Source: the human T2T-CHM13v2.0 reference genome, Homo sapiens. From it: DNA of 64,000 bases. The stretch lies in assembly GCF_009914755.1 (NCBI RefSeq), contig NC_060932.1, one strand, 5' to 3'. Each line of letters opens with the position of its first letter. Within the stretch, counting starts at the first letter, position 1. This document shows positions 12,890 to 26,377 of the stretch, piece after piece. The position numbers and the translations under genes are program-made. The notes below the pieces were generated by a model, which worked only from the letters and a program-made list of their open reading frames with translations, was not told where the DNA came from and did not search any database.

Positions 12890-15800
12890 TAACAGGGTTA
12901 TTTCAAGCTGGAAATATAAGCAAATCTTTTTATAATGGCAACAGAAAACTATATGTAATATTTCAAAACTTCCCTTTCTCACTGGCCATTGAACTCTTGA
13001 GACGTCTGGAAGTGGTAAAGGCAATAAGCTCTTGTGACATTATCCAAGCACGAAAGCATTTTCATGAAATCATGGCCTAAGAACACTCTTGTCTATCAGG
13101 CTGCCGGTGCTATCTGTGGGTCAGTTAGGAAAATGATGCAAAGAACTTCTTTTGAAAGGATTCTCCAGAATTACCTCTAGGAAGGACTCTGGTGCTCAGT
13201 GCCTATAATTAACTCTGGTGGGTGGTAGGAGTGGAGGTTGGCAAATGTGTGTCTTGACTGGCATGTGAGTGAGGGAATTTGGTCTTTCTCTCCCACTAAT
13301 AGCCATTGGAAATTAATAAGAAAGTGAAGAGGTGACTTGTGAATTTTATGTAATAATAGAGGAGGCTCCCAAACATTGCAATGATTATGAATGAAGAATT
13401 TACTTCTTTCTCCTTTTTCACATAAACACACAGAAGTGCCCTTCCATTTGATAAAGAGGGTGATAGGAGATCTTCTGGTTTGTTTGTTTAATGTCCAAGT
13501 CTTGCCTGATCCTGCTGCACTCTGCAATTTGAAAAGGAACACTTTTCTTATAAATAGCCCACATAAGGCATCTTGGGACATCTTAAGAGCTTTACATATA
13601 TCTGTACAAGGCAATATTGTGGCATTATTATCAATGTTGAACAATGGTTCAAATAATCCCAGGACAAATTAGCTTAATACAGATTAACCACTCCTACCAC
13701 AAAAGAAAACCAAAATTTGGGATCCAAGAAAGGAGAGGTTAAGTTCCAAAAACCAAAAATAAATTTTTATTAGGTACAAACTATAATAAAAAAATTAGTA
13801 TATCACAACCTATGTTAGCTGATTGAGATAAAATATTTGGAAGAATCCGTGATTCTGAAATACAAATTTTCTTACATATATTCTTTGGGAAAAAAATCTG
13901 TTTACCATGAACAAAAAAACATTTTGTGTGGCTCAAATATTTAAGCTAGGCCAATTAGTTTGTTTAGTGGCATACAGTTTGCACTCAATAAATGTTAGGG
14001 AATATATGTGTGAATGAATAAAAAATGTACCATAAATACTTTTTGTCTCTTGAAAATACAAAGGGCTAATATAATTGTACTCTTTTACAGAGTAGGAATT
14101 TTTTAATTACCTTAACTTGTAAACATAATTTCAAATTCCAAATAAAATGATAAGACTAAAATCAGAAAACAATATATTATGTTCTGAATTTTTACAGCGC
14201 TTTTGACACTATGTTTATATTCCAGTTGTGAATGTTCAAATATAAAAATGGGTTCAAGTTTTCTATTTAGAAGACCAAATTCACCATAAAATAGCTTTGG
14301 ATCAGACAGATCCCAGCATTTATGTCTTGCTGGTTCAAGGAAATAAAGCTGTAGTAAAGGAAATAAAGCTGTAATAAATCGCTCCAAAGCAAAGGCAAAA
14401 TGACCACCCAATTAAGCTATAACTTTAAAAATCACCTTGAGGTTACCCTGGGAAGAAATATGAGGAAAAGGGCAATTAAAGATCAGTCTTTTAAATCTGA
14501 GGTCTCCTCATTGACAATGAAAGATTCAGTTACTTAAACTGTTTTTCACTGTTTCATTTATGAGTTGCTTTTAACAATATTTCATCCCTCAACAGAGGAA
14601 ATAAGAAATCCTTAAAAAAAAAAAAAAGCTATACCAGACTATCAAAATCGTTGCTAAGGAAAATAAACTAATCAAGATTGATCTCCTGGGTCCTCAGAAG
14701 TTCACCAATTCCAAATGTTCTCATAAGTTTCAAAAGAGAATAAAACAATTAAGCTTCCTTATAATACAATGCTTAATAACTCATTGTGGGTCAGAGGAAT
14801 TAATGACAGTGGCATTTTATAAAATACATTTAACTCTAATTAAAAGTACTCATTTATTTCTTTTCTGAATAACCTAACTGTCTCTTTCCCACATACTAAA
14901 AAGTCTGGGTCAATTTTTTTTTCTATCAATTCTTAAGGGATTTTCTAGAATAGTTTTAAAGAAAAGATGGGATGTACTGCTGTTAGCAGTACTTTCAGCA
15001 GAAGGAATTTTTTTTTCAAATTTATTAATTTTTAAAAACGAACAACAATGTAACTAAAGAAAAATGTCTACAAAGCAAACAAAATGGTGACTTCCTTTAT
15101 ATGCAAGCACAATGATCCATTATTTCCTTTTCAAGAGGCCTTCAATATTAGTTACTGAGAGAGCAAATGACAATGAAAAAAATATTAATTGCATTACTGA
15201 AAAGAGACTATAAGGCAATAAGCTTATTTTCCCTCATTTAAAAATGCTCTTCCTGCTTCTTTTAAATTCCATTAAAAAAACATAGTTTGCTACAAATGAC
15301 ACACAAATGGGATGAATAAATAGTTAAGTACAACTGATGGAGGTCTTAATCTAATGTACCGTTGTCTGTCAGCTAATCTCTCCTGGTTTAACAATCTGAG
15401 TTTAACTACTTCATGATGAATGAGACAGGGTGCAAATGACCTGAGTGTTTCAGCCCATAAAACAGGCTTAGGGAAATAAAACCTGCAAATTTGATCACCA
15501 GACTTAGATTGACCACCATTGGCAATGCAGTTAGGGTTTTAAAGGAATTGTCTACATGTAATATTAAGTAATGAAGTTCCAATCATTTATACTTAAAGTA
15601 CCATTTGCTCTAAAGCAGCTTACTATTATATGCAAGATTTGCCATTACATAACTGAAATTCAGATAGCTCTGAATTCAAAGGTGGTGAGCTAATTGTCAG
15701 AGGACCTCAGTGAGGCTGAGAGTTTTATAGACTCAGTTCTGCAGAAAGTTTCTTAGGAGCATTAACATGTACTCACATTAAGCAAGAAAGACTCCAGTTG

Positions 15801-17619
15801 TTAACAGCAGTAGGTCTATTGTTCAGGAAGTAATACTTTTCATGAGATTCATTATGAAAGAGAGGGGGGAAATCCTTTTTGGCATTCTGCATATAAAATC
15901 TTCTCAGAAAGACATCTGCAGTTTAAAAAAATTCCACCTACTTTTACTACTACAACCTTTGTTAATGTGCTACAGTTCTCTGCTCCAGTAACTTAAAAGT
16001 CATTTCCTTAAGAAAACAGATGACAGACAACTTGAGTGACTGATTATATTGTGCCATCACTTTGTTTTTCTCAGAGGCCTTGGTTTAAGAGGATGGATGT
16101 TCGTGTAAATGACAGCAAGGGGAGCTTCGCATAAGATTTCACTTCTGTTCAAAGACAAGCTAATGTAACCTCACTGCGGTGCCATCAACTTGACAAATGG
16201 ACACCGCGCAACCCTCTGCCTCCCACTGAAACCCGAGAGCCTGATTTACACAATATTCTCCCTGTAGATGGAAAAAGACTTCATGCTGCTAGGCTGTATA
16301 ATGGGTTGATCTGATAATTCTTTGCATGTAATGAAATTTGATAATATGAAGGTGAAATGCATCTCAAAGAATGAGGCAAGCTAATGAACTTGTAAAACTA
16401 CACTTAAGTCTTTTAAAACCTGAATAAACATTAAAAGGGACTTAGCTCAATCCATGTTGAGAAAACGTAGCAGTTCTCATGTTTTAACTCTGCAATCAAA
16501 GATACACGGCCTTTACTTAAAAGGAATAAAAGATTCCAGCTCCAAGGAGTATAGCTCTATTCAAACAATTCAATATGATCTGTAGAAATTGCTGTGCCTT
16601 ATCTTTACCATCAGATTTTGCTGGTCCTCAGTTCCTTACCTCAAGAATTCTACATTACTTTATCCTGTTAAATTATTTTCCTGGGAGCTCAATATTCTTC
16701 CTTCTAAAGTAGGAAATTTCTTAAAGAATTGATAAATAATGCCATGCAAAATTAACAAATAGTTCATCTGGAGATTTAAACGTACCTTAAACTGGCACAA
16801 AAATCACAAAATTAGAGCTTCATAAGAAACATCCACTTCTGTTTTAAAGTCGTAAGTTCTTACATATTCAAAGTATGAATGTTTAAATAAAGTATTCTGA
16901 AAAGAAATTCACAGTATAGTATATTTTATAGGCAAGGCTGATCTCAAATCCTCGGCAGTAAAACTGTCTATTAGTATTAATGCCTGGAAATAAACACCAT
17001 GAATGTAAACTACAATCAGAAGCAGTTTTAACACATGTAAATGTTGAATGAGGTAGAATTTTAGGCTTATATTTACTTTGCTGTTGTCACAAATAAAAAA
17101 AGCACTTATGAAAACATTTCCTGCTGAAGTGAATGGATCTCAACAGCTGCTGATTTGGTGACATGGAGAACCCCAGAGGAGACATCCTGCTGAATTAACG
17201 TTTTGGAAATGTTAAAAAGAAACTTCAAACAGACCTTGTTTAGCAGGCGGTCAAAGATTTTGCTCTGTGGGGATCATGTGAAGGCTAGCAGAGCAGTCAC
17301 TCAGCCATGAATCAGACTTGTCAATAGTTGCCTATTTTCTCAACAGGTGACTTAAATAGGCACACAGTCTATTTCCCCTAACATTTCTGTGTGTACTTGT
17401 GCACAAAAAAATCATCCTAGACTTTGCTCTGGGATTTATTTAGGAAGGCACAGCATGCAGGGATGGGGAAATAGTTGTTTAAGGGGTTTAGACATATTTT
17501 TTAAATGTGTACTTTTGCTTTTTTTAACTAAAAAAATTAGCTAAGTTACATTTAAAATCTTATTTTCAAACAAACTTTTATTCTAAGTTAGAAACCTGGA
17601 ACAGATTCAATCAAATAAT

Positions 17620-17790
17620 TATAGGACAGTAAAGAACCTTGAAGATAGCAAAGATCAAACCCATTATTTCACAGATGAGGAAACTAAGGCCTACAGAGCT
17701 TTAAGTGATTTGCCAAATATTTACTTGTTCATGTGTTCGGACTAGAACTTCCATTTTCTGACTCCTTGGTTCAAAATTAGTACACTAAAC
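17620..17790. mobile_element. MIR
   Basis: cccattatttcacagatgaggaaactaaggcc...aagtgatttgcc (MIR core). Confidence 0.8.
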
Positions 17791-18589
17791 TTATCCTTAA
17801 GAAATAAATAAGAAGTAGTCTTCTTTGAGCAATGTAAAAATACGCAAGAGAAGAAACCATTAAACTGAGTAAGATCTCATGGTTCAGTGTTTTTCTGATT
17901 TGGCGTGTTTTGATTATTTTCCTTTATGCTGGCCACAGAGAAAGAGAGAGAGTTAATGGAAAATTCCTTCCCCACACCACCAAGAAGTAGAGGTGGGGGC
18001 TGGGGTGAGAAAAGGCCCAGTACCAAGATGTGTTTTCTACTTTCAACATTTAGGAGTTTAGTGTAAATGTAGAGTACAAAAACAATAAAGCATTTCTTTG
18101 TTACTGACTCAGATTGGCATTGTAAACTATGCCATACAAGCTACTATTATGTCAGAAAATTACCAGGTATCCATTAAATGAGCTCAGACTGTTTTCTATT
18201 GTTAAGAATTTTTTAGTTGTTTTGGAAAGCCTAAGTACAGAGTTCAGTGAAAGTTCTCAGAGGTGACTCCACAATCACAGCAGTACTCATTACCTTAGTC
18301 AACCTCTCCTACTGCTTCCATCAATGCACGGTCATTACCAGCCAATGCTAAAATGGAATCCGAGGCTTAGTAAATCACCTCCAATTGACAAGATGCTTCC
18401 TAGATAAGTACTCTCTTGAAAATACTTTCTACGTGATTCAGAGTTAAAAATCAGGAAGAAAAGCAAATGCCAATGCCATCAACATACACACACACATATA
18501 CACAAACCTCTTAGGACCCAATTCCTAAGAATTCACTGATTCTTGTTATTAAAATTCATCTTTTGGAAGTTTAATTCTTCATATGGTAT

Positions 18590-20344
18590 GAGGAAACAGG
18601 TACTCTAATGCAAAGGTTGATGGGAGTGTAAAAGACAGATTGGATTTATACATCAAAATGAAAAATGCACTCATCCTTTGACCCAACATTCCTACCTATA
18701 GAATGCTGAGGAGATAATTCAACAAGTGAGGAAAGATATATGTGCAAAGATTATCATGGCAGTATTTTTTATGGTAGTACAAAGCTGGAAATTAAGTTGG
18801 TGGTTAAATAAAGGTATATACATACACTGGCATACATGCAGCTGTTAAAAATCACTATTCACTTAATATAAAGCTACAGTAGTAATAGCAAATGGATCAA
18901 TGGAACAGAACAGAGAACCCAGAAACAGACCTACACTTACTTGGTCATTTGATTTTCAAAAAAATGCCAAGGAAATCCATTTATGTCAGAATAACTGAAT
19001 ATCCATGTGGAAAAAATAAACTTCAACTTCTTCCTAACATCACACACAAAATTTAACTTGAGGTCTACCTTAGACCTGAATGTAAAAGCTGAAACTATAA
19101 AGCTTTTAGATGAAATCAAAAGAGAAAATCTTCACAAATTGAGAATAGAAAAAAGTTTCTTAAAGATAAATAATCATAAAATAAAAAACTGATAAATTGA
19201 ACTGCATCAAAATTTAAAAATTCTCCTCATGAAAACACATTGATAAGAAAATGAATAAGGAAGCCTAAGAGACTAAGAGAAAACAGACTAAGAGAAAACA
19301 TTTGCAAAACATATATGACAAGGGTTTGGATAAGATATATAAAGAAATATAACTTAATAATGAAAAGACAAACAACCTAATTTAAAATGGATTTAAATTT
19401 GAATAGACTCTTCACAAAGAAATATAAATAACCAATAAACACAGGAAAAAGTACTCAATGTTATTAGTCATTAGGGAGTAACAATTTAAAACCCTAATGA
19501 GATACCATTACACACCCACCAGTATGGCTAAAATTAAAAGGTCAGTAGCAAATGTTGGCAAGGATATGTAGCAACTGGAAGTTTCATACGACGTTGGTGG
19601 GAGTGTCAAATGGTCTCTTATACAAAACACACACCTACCCTATGACCCAGCAATTCCACCTCTAGGGATTGATGCAAGAGAAAAAAACATGTCCACAAAA
19701 GCCTTACACAAGAATGCTCACAGCAGCTGTATTCATGATAGTTAAAAAATGGAAACAGTTCAGGTGTCTATCAAAAGGAAAATGAACAAACAAACTGCAT
19801 TTATGCAATGAAATACTATTTAGCAAAGAAAGAAACAAATTATGGATACACAGAACAGGGCTGAATGTCAAAAGCGCTTTACTGAGTAAAAGGAACATTA
19901 CATTTCATTTATATAAGGGCTGGAACAATGATTGCCTTTGAGGGTCATGTGGGCTGAGATTTACTGAAAAGGGACGTGAAGGAACTTATTGTGATGATAA
20001 CGTTTTATATCTTGACAGGGGTTTGAGTTGTACAAGCATATGATCAGAACTTGTCAAGTGGTACACTTAAGATTTGTACACTTTGTTGTTTATCTCAAAA
20101 GAAAAAAGGAACTCACGTTTATGGACGCCCATGCTAAAGTACTCGGGGTGGAGGGAGTATACAGATGTCTGCCTCTTTCTTTGAAATCCAATACAAAAAT
20201 GAGATGGGTTAATAGAGACCCACTTAAATAGAGAGATGAGGTGAACAAATATAGCAAAATATTAATTATACAATTTAGGTGGTAGGTATGTGGGTATTCA
20301 CTATAAAATTCCGTCTCTCTTATTCTCTTGGTGTGTGTGTGCAT
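18590..20344 (+). mobile_element. L1M ORF2 C-terminus and 3'UTR remnants (composite, at least two old L1M fragments)
   Basis: atcaatggaacagaacagagaacccagaaacagac, aatgagataccattacacacccacc, tatgacccagcaattccac; ORF 19007-19192 is L1 ORF2-like. Confidence 0.88.
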
Positions 20345-21940
20345 GCATGATTGCAAGTGACTTACAAACAGCATGTTTAATTTTTCAAAATACCATTTTT
20401 CCAAACTGACATTTTAACCTCTATTAATAGACACTTGTTTATTTTTGTACTCAATGAAGTTTAACTTCTCCTAAAACATAGAATAATTAAATAATTTTCA
20501 AGTTCATCTATGGCAAATGTCAAAGGAAGATATACAATAAAACTGGTTCTGCTTGATCAGTTGATTTGGATATTGAAGTTTTCCACATTTTTAGACAATA
20601 TGAAAGTACAGTAGTTTTGCACCACCTTCTATTAAAAATCTACAACATGGCTCAGAGCAGAGACTCTTTTAAAAATGATCAACAACAATAAATTGTAAGC
20701 CACTTGTATTGTAATTAGGAATCCCAAAACTTTTATGAAATATTATCTTAAATTTTAACGGAAGTTTTGTTAACAAATAACATTATAAATTTTGTAGATT
20801 ACTGATTTACATGCATGTGGAAGGAAAAGCAAAATCCTTCCAATTGTGCTGAGCCATTAAAATGGAGATGAACCATAAGATACTGCAAAGCCCAGAAGGT
20901 CATGTGTAATTAAGCACATATTCTCCGGCTTCTTTTATCATATATTCATATTAAAAACTTAAACTGTATTCCACTTATAAATCAATGGATTCTGCTGATA
21001 AAGATGGGAGTTTTTAATTCTTATTTGTTGGGTATGATTTTTTTCCATTTTCAATGGAAATAATAAATCTCTACTTTGTATCACATTCTGGGATGGTTGG
21101 GTGTAATGCAAAAATATCATGTAAGGAAACTGATATATTCAAATTAGAAGTGAGTTGGTCTCTCCAAAGGTATTTGGTACTTTTTTAAGTACCTGTTAAG
21201 TGCTGTTAGAGTATGCATTTTCCTCTCAGGTATACAAACACTGAGCATCATATATCAAATAAAGTAGAAGTATTCTGCCATTTAATTGGAATTGAGGATT
21301 TTTAAATGGTTAATAAGAAATAGTCAAAATGTTAAAGGCAGTTTATCTTAAGCATTTACATTTTTCTTCTAACAAGTTATTTTTTAAAACATATCAGTTA
21401 CTTTACTAAATGACTTAATTCTTTATTTAGTGCTTTATCTGCTAATATACTATCATAGAATCTTCCAGTGTTCAAATAAAATGTCAATAAAAACTTATAC
21501 TTTTTATTAGTCAATATGCCCACATTTAACTATATGGTCCCTTACTTAAATCATAAACTACTCTAAGGAATGATTCATAAAGCCAAATATATATATATAT
21601 ATATATGTATAGTTAACACTATTTATTGGATTTACCTAACAAAAATGTGACTATAAAACAATGATTAAAATATCTAAAAGATTATATAAATGAGTATTGT
21701 TTTATGATATTAATCTACGGAAGCAACAATTGATTCATACAGTTGTAGAATTCCATTTTGGAACTTTCTCTCACAAGACTGTCCACCTCAAGTTTGTATG
21801 TTCTCTTTTGTCTCCCCGCACACATATATGTACACACACAAAGCTGCTCTCTTTTATAAACACATTTTGTTTCAGACACAGTATTACTTAGCAGACACCT
21901 CAAAATAACTTGTAGTTATTTCTAAAAATCAAAATCAGAT

Positions 21941-22129
21941 TATACAGATGTCTGCCTCTTTCTTTGAAATCCAATTCAAAAATGAGATGGGTTAATAGAG
22001 ACCCACTTAAATAGAGAGATGAGGTGAACAAATATAGCAAAATATTAACTATACAATTTAGGTGGTAGGTATGTGGGTATTCACTATAAAATTCTGTCTC
22101 TCTTATTCTCTCGGTGTGTGTGTGTGCAT
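21941..22129 (+). repeat. Near-identical local copy of 20158-20344
   Basis: Alignment by eye shows 4 substitutions and one TG indel over 187 bp; ORFs 20090-20404 and 21900-22256 share the same peptide. Confidence 0.97.
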
Positions 22130-22339
22130 CAAAAATACACAAATTTGCTATCAAAAGAATGTTTAGAAAATTCCAAGATGTTTCTGAAAGTGGAAACCTA
22201 AATGTATTACTAAAATATGCATACACAGCCTCCTCCCCAGATGTGAAGATGACCACTTTGGAGGAATCAATGCTTACTTAGATGTATATGCTCTGGAATG
22301 TGTATGTGTCTGTGTGTTGTAACTGCCACAACTGAAGGA

Positions 22340-22490
22340 AGTGTGCTAGAATGGAAAGAACTGTATCAGGTATCACAAAGCCTGGGTCTGAGTATCAGCT
22401 CTGCCATTTATAAGTTGTACATGTTTAGATCAATCCCTTTACTTCTTTGGGCTTCAATTTCCTCATCTTTGACATAAAAGTGTTGATCTA
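22340..22490. mobile_element. MIR
   Basis: cctgggtctgagtatcagctctgccattta...ctttgggcttcaatttcctcatctt. Confidence 0.75.
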
Positions 22491-22493
22491 GAC

Positions 22494-22814
22494 CAGCACA
22501 GTCCAACAGAAATATAGTGCAGGCTACATATGTAATTTTTGTAGCCACATCTAAAAAGTAAAAAGAAACAGATGAAATTAATTTTAATAATATTCTTTAT
22601 TTAACCAACACAGTATACCCAATATATTACCATTTCAACATTTAATCAATAAAAACTTATTACTGAGATCATTTACATTCTTTTGTTTTTTGGTGCTGCC
22701 TTTCAAATCCAGTGTGCATTTTATGCTTGGAGCACACATCCCAATTTGGATGAGTCAAATTTCAAATGCTCAATAGCCACATGTGGCTAATGGTTAACGT
22801 ATTAGACAGCACAG
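22494..22814 (+). mobile_element. MER33 (hAT-Charlie)
   Basis: cagcacagtccaacagaaatatagtgc...ccacatgtggctaatggttaacgtattagacagcacag; ~320 bp, flanked by ctagac-type target sites. Confidence 0.85.
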
Positions 22815-24745
22815 ACCTAGACAGTTGCTAATAGTCCTTTCAGTTTTATAATTTTTATTACTTTGTTGTTGAAAATAATATATTAATAAAATTAGCATCA
22901 AATTCAGTGCAAGTATATAAAAATCATAGATCAAATGCTTCCATGGAACATCTACTTTCATCAGGAAAGGTTCATTAATTCTTATCTGGCAGTTTAAAAT
23001 TCTGGATGATTTTTTTCTAACATTGAACAATCATTAAGAAGCAAAGAACTGGCAATTATCTTCTGAACTCAACCTCACAGAAAGTGGATTACTTCATCTA
23101 TTAAATTGGCTTAAGTCTATTAAATAATTGCCAAGTCCCCATTTCACATTCTATGATGCAGATTTGGCTCTAATCTGAAGCTTTAGATCTTTATGTAATC
23201 ATAAGAATTGCAAGACTGGTTTTAAAATGAATAAACATCCAAAATTACTGCTATAGCAGTAAAGCTTATTTAATTTCTGCTTTGTTTCATGTAGTCTAAA
23301 TTATGAAGATTATTAAAGGGCTTTATTTTAGTGAACCACATTTATATAAGCAAATCAATATTCAATAATAAATATCATTGCAATTCTTGGCAAAGGATTG
23401 GGAAAGGCCATGTTCATTAAAACAGGTGATATAAAAGCTGATACTCAGGTTCTAACTGAGAAAAACGTATAAACTATTAGCTATGAAGTATCCCTCGGTA
23501 ATAAAGACTGAAGTAGAACCTACTTGCATCACAGGACAACTTTTCGAGTTATCAATTACACTTGCAATAGAACCTCTGCAAGTTATTTATCTCCAGGTAA
23601 AAATCATACATAATTTCAACTAGCTTATCAGTTTTTATACCAAACTTTACAGAAATTATATAAATGTTCTCCCTGATGTTACTATAATCTTTTGACCCTT
23701 TTCTTCCCCCTCAAATTTATAAGACTAGTAATAACACACTCGAGTGTTTCTGTATCAGTATAATTACCATAACAGAATTATTTCTTAAAAAGAAGTGAAT
23801 AAAACATCTCACATGCTTTGTCAAAATACAAAAGGTCTTTCTGCAAATCTCTAAATTTTGTTTTAACAAATACACAGTGAAAGCTGGTAATGATACAACT
23901 TATTTACACGTGGCAACATAATATACTGATCTCTTAATGTCTAGCACAGGACACATTGTGTTTGTAAATTTGCCAGTAAGATAAAAATCATGTCCGTTGA
24001 AGTTAACTTTCTACATGATTTATATTATTTAATGAACATTTAGCAGAGCCAGCCTGCCACATAATACTACCTTATTTCTGGGGGGAAAAAGGTAAACATT
24101 ATTGCTATGCTGTAGTCACCTATAATTCCTCCAGGCAATTATCTATTACATGTCAGAGACCAGTGAAAAAAGTAATAAAGGCAAAGGCAAAGAAACTCTA
24201 AACATAATATGGCCCATGCCCAGCACACTGCCTGGCATTTAGGAGACATTCAGTGTTTGTTGAATGAATGGCCATAGAACATATGTACACAGTACAGTCT
24301 ACATGTGTGTATACACTGTAGCCTGCATTGATTCCATAGGTAAATAAATACACTATACATTTAGTAGGTATGCATGTTTACTTTTTTTTTTGCTAGAAAA
24401 CTTTTATCCTGATTCTGAAGTCCAAATCTAGCTCTTCCTTGGGGTGACATAAAAACTCAAGTCTCTTTCCTGCTTTCATCATTAAGTACTTCATTTGTTC
24501 ATCAAGTATTTGTGTAACTGGCACTATGATAGGCATGGCGCTGACATAAAAAAAAAATCATAAAGACAAACACATAGACTAATAATTATAGTCCTTATTT
24601 TGTAAACAAGGGAATTGCTATTTGGGGAGATTAGGAAACTTGCCCAAGGCAACCCAGCAAGTGAGTATATGAACCAAGTGTCAAAGCTGTATCCATATGT
24701 TTTTCAACTACCCCATGAGACATAAACATTGAGCAGCTAAGGGAA

Positions 24746-25207
24746 TGTGACGGTTAATTTTATGTGTTAACTTGGCTGTGCTGTGGTGCCCAGTTGCTTG
24801 GTCCAACACTAGTCTAGATGTTCCTGTGAAGACATTTTGCAGATGTGATGAACATATATAATCAGCTGATTGAATAAAGCAGATTACCCTCCATAATGTG
24901 GGTGGACCTTATCCAATCAGTTGAAGGCCTTAAGAGCAAAAACAGGATTCCCAGAGAAGAAGGAATTCTGCCTTAAGACTGTAACACAGAAATCATCCCT
25001 GAGTTCCATCCTGCTGGCCCACCTTCAACTCAAACTGCAATATTAACTCTGCCTGTTTCCAGCCCACTTACCTGCACTATAGATTTTGCACTTGCCAGCC
25101 CTCACAATCATGTGCACCAATTATTTAAAATCAATCAGTCTCTCCCCCACCTACTCTCTCAATACATCTATGTCCTGTTGTTACTCTGGAGAACCCTGAC
25201 TGACACA
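24746..25207 (+). mobile_element. MLT2 (ERVL) solo LTR
   Basis: Begins tgtgacggttaattttatgtgttaacttgg, ends ctggagaaccctgactgacaca; TG...CA termini. Confidence 0.9.
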
Positions 25208-25209
25208 GG

Positions 25210-25560
25210 GTGTCATGGCTAAATATGGAGGTTGAGAGGGCATCAAAATGTGGCTAGTAGTGCAATACTTGAAAGTGGATAGGACCCAAATGGACCCAAG
25301 ATACCAAGGATAAAGCCTTGAGCACAACAGCATTTAAGGGGCCAGCAGAAGTCAAAGAGCCAAAAGGAAGAGATAAGTCAGTCATGGCAAAAGAAGGCTT
25401 CACAAAGGAGGGAGGCAATCCTGCAGAAAAGGCAAGTAGGAGGAAGTCTGAGCATAGGCCTTTGTATTTGGCAATCAGTAGGACAAGGGTGACTGTGGCC
25501 AGGTCAGTTGCAATGGTGACTGGGATGGTATCCATCCTGTATTCACTGTATTGTCTACCA
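25210..25560. mobile_element. L2 fragment
   Basis: gcatttaaggggccagcagaag...ctttgtatttggcaatcagtaggacaagggtgactgtggccag. Confidence 0.6.
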
Positions 25561-26060
25561 GTGAATAAGAGGTGAGAAACTAGAAAAAGGTTGGCAGTTG
25601 AGGAAAGGAAGAAAACAATAGCTCAAAAAGGACAGAATGGTGGAGGTGGAAGACTGTGTTAGAATTAGGGAGACATTTGTAAGTTGAGGGAAAGGTGTCA
25701 CTGGAGAAGAAGATAAAGATAGATAGAAACCAGTGAGAAAACAAGTCCCAGGAGTAAGATATCCTTGCATATGGGCTCTAGACCACGGGAGTATGGAATA
25801 ACTCTAATCAGAAGTGAAATACCTCTGTCAAAGACAAGCAGTGATAGTCAAGAGATTGGCGCTCTCACGGATTGAGCTGAAGCTGGGGCTCCATGCCTTT
25901 ATTTTATTTATCTTATACTTTTCCAGGGAATTAAGAGGTGAGGTCATCACTGAGAGTTCTTATTAAATAACATATATGTGTCTAGTACCATATGGGATTC
26001 AAAAAAGCACAAGACCCATTCTTTGCCAGTCTATCTGTCAAGCTATTATGGTCCAGTATA

Positions 26061-26377
26061 CAGTCTCTCAGAAGCAATGGAGCATTGGTTCCAGGAACCC
26101 ACATGGATACCCAAATCCACAGATGCTCAAGTCCTTTATACAAAATGGCATAGTATTTGCATATGATCTATGCACATCTTCTGTATACTTTAAATTACCT
26201 CTAGATTACTTATAATACCGAATACAATGCCTACCTACCACTTCGTTGGTGTGGATTCAACATACTACTTGGCACATGGCAAATTCAAGTTTTGCTTTTT
26301 GAAACTTTGTGAATTTTTTTTTTCCAATTATTTTTGATCACTGGTTATTTGAATCCACAGATGTTGAGGGCTCACTG
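26061..26377 (+). mobile_element. MER2 (TcMar-Tigger)
   Basis: TA|cagtc...attggttccaggaaccc...ccaaatccacagatgctcaagtcc...ctcactg|TA. Confidence 0.88.

Noticed and set aside
13177-13644. Longest ORF (155 aa, minus strand)
   Set aside because: No recognisable domain, promoter or splice context; more likely a chance ORF over a putative non-coding element
14337-14376. 20-bp tandem repeat; also the 15-bp repeat near 19270-19299
   Set aside because: Two-copy slippage duplications with no spacer structure; not CRISPR-like
14974-14992. gtactgct-gtt-agcagtac hairpin
   Set aside because: An 8-bp stem is too short for a pre-miRNA and is expected by chance in 64 kb
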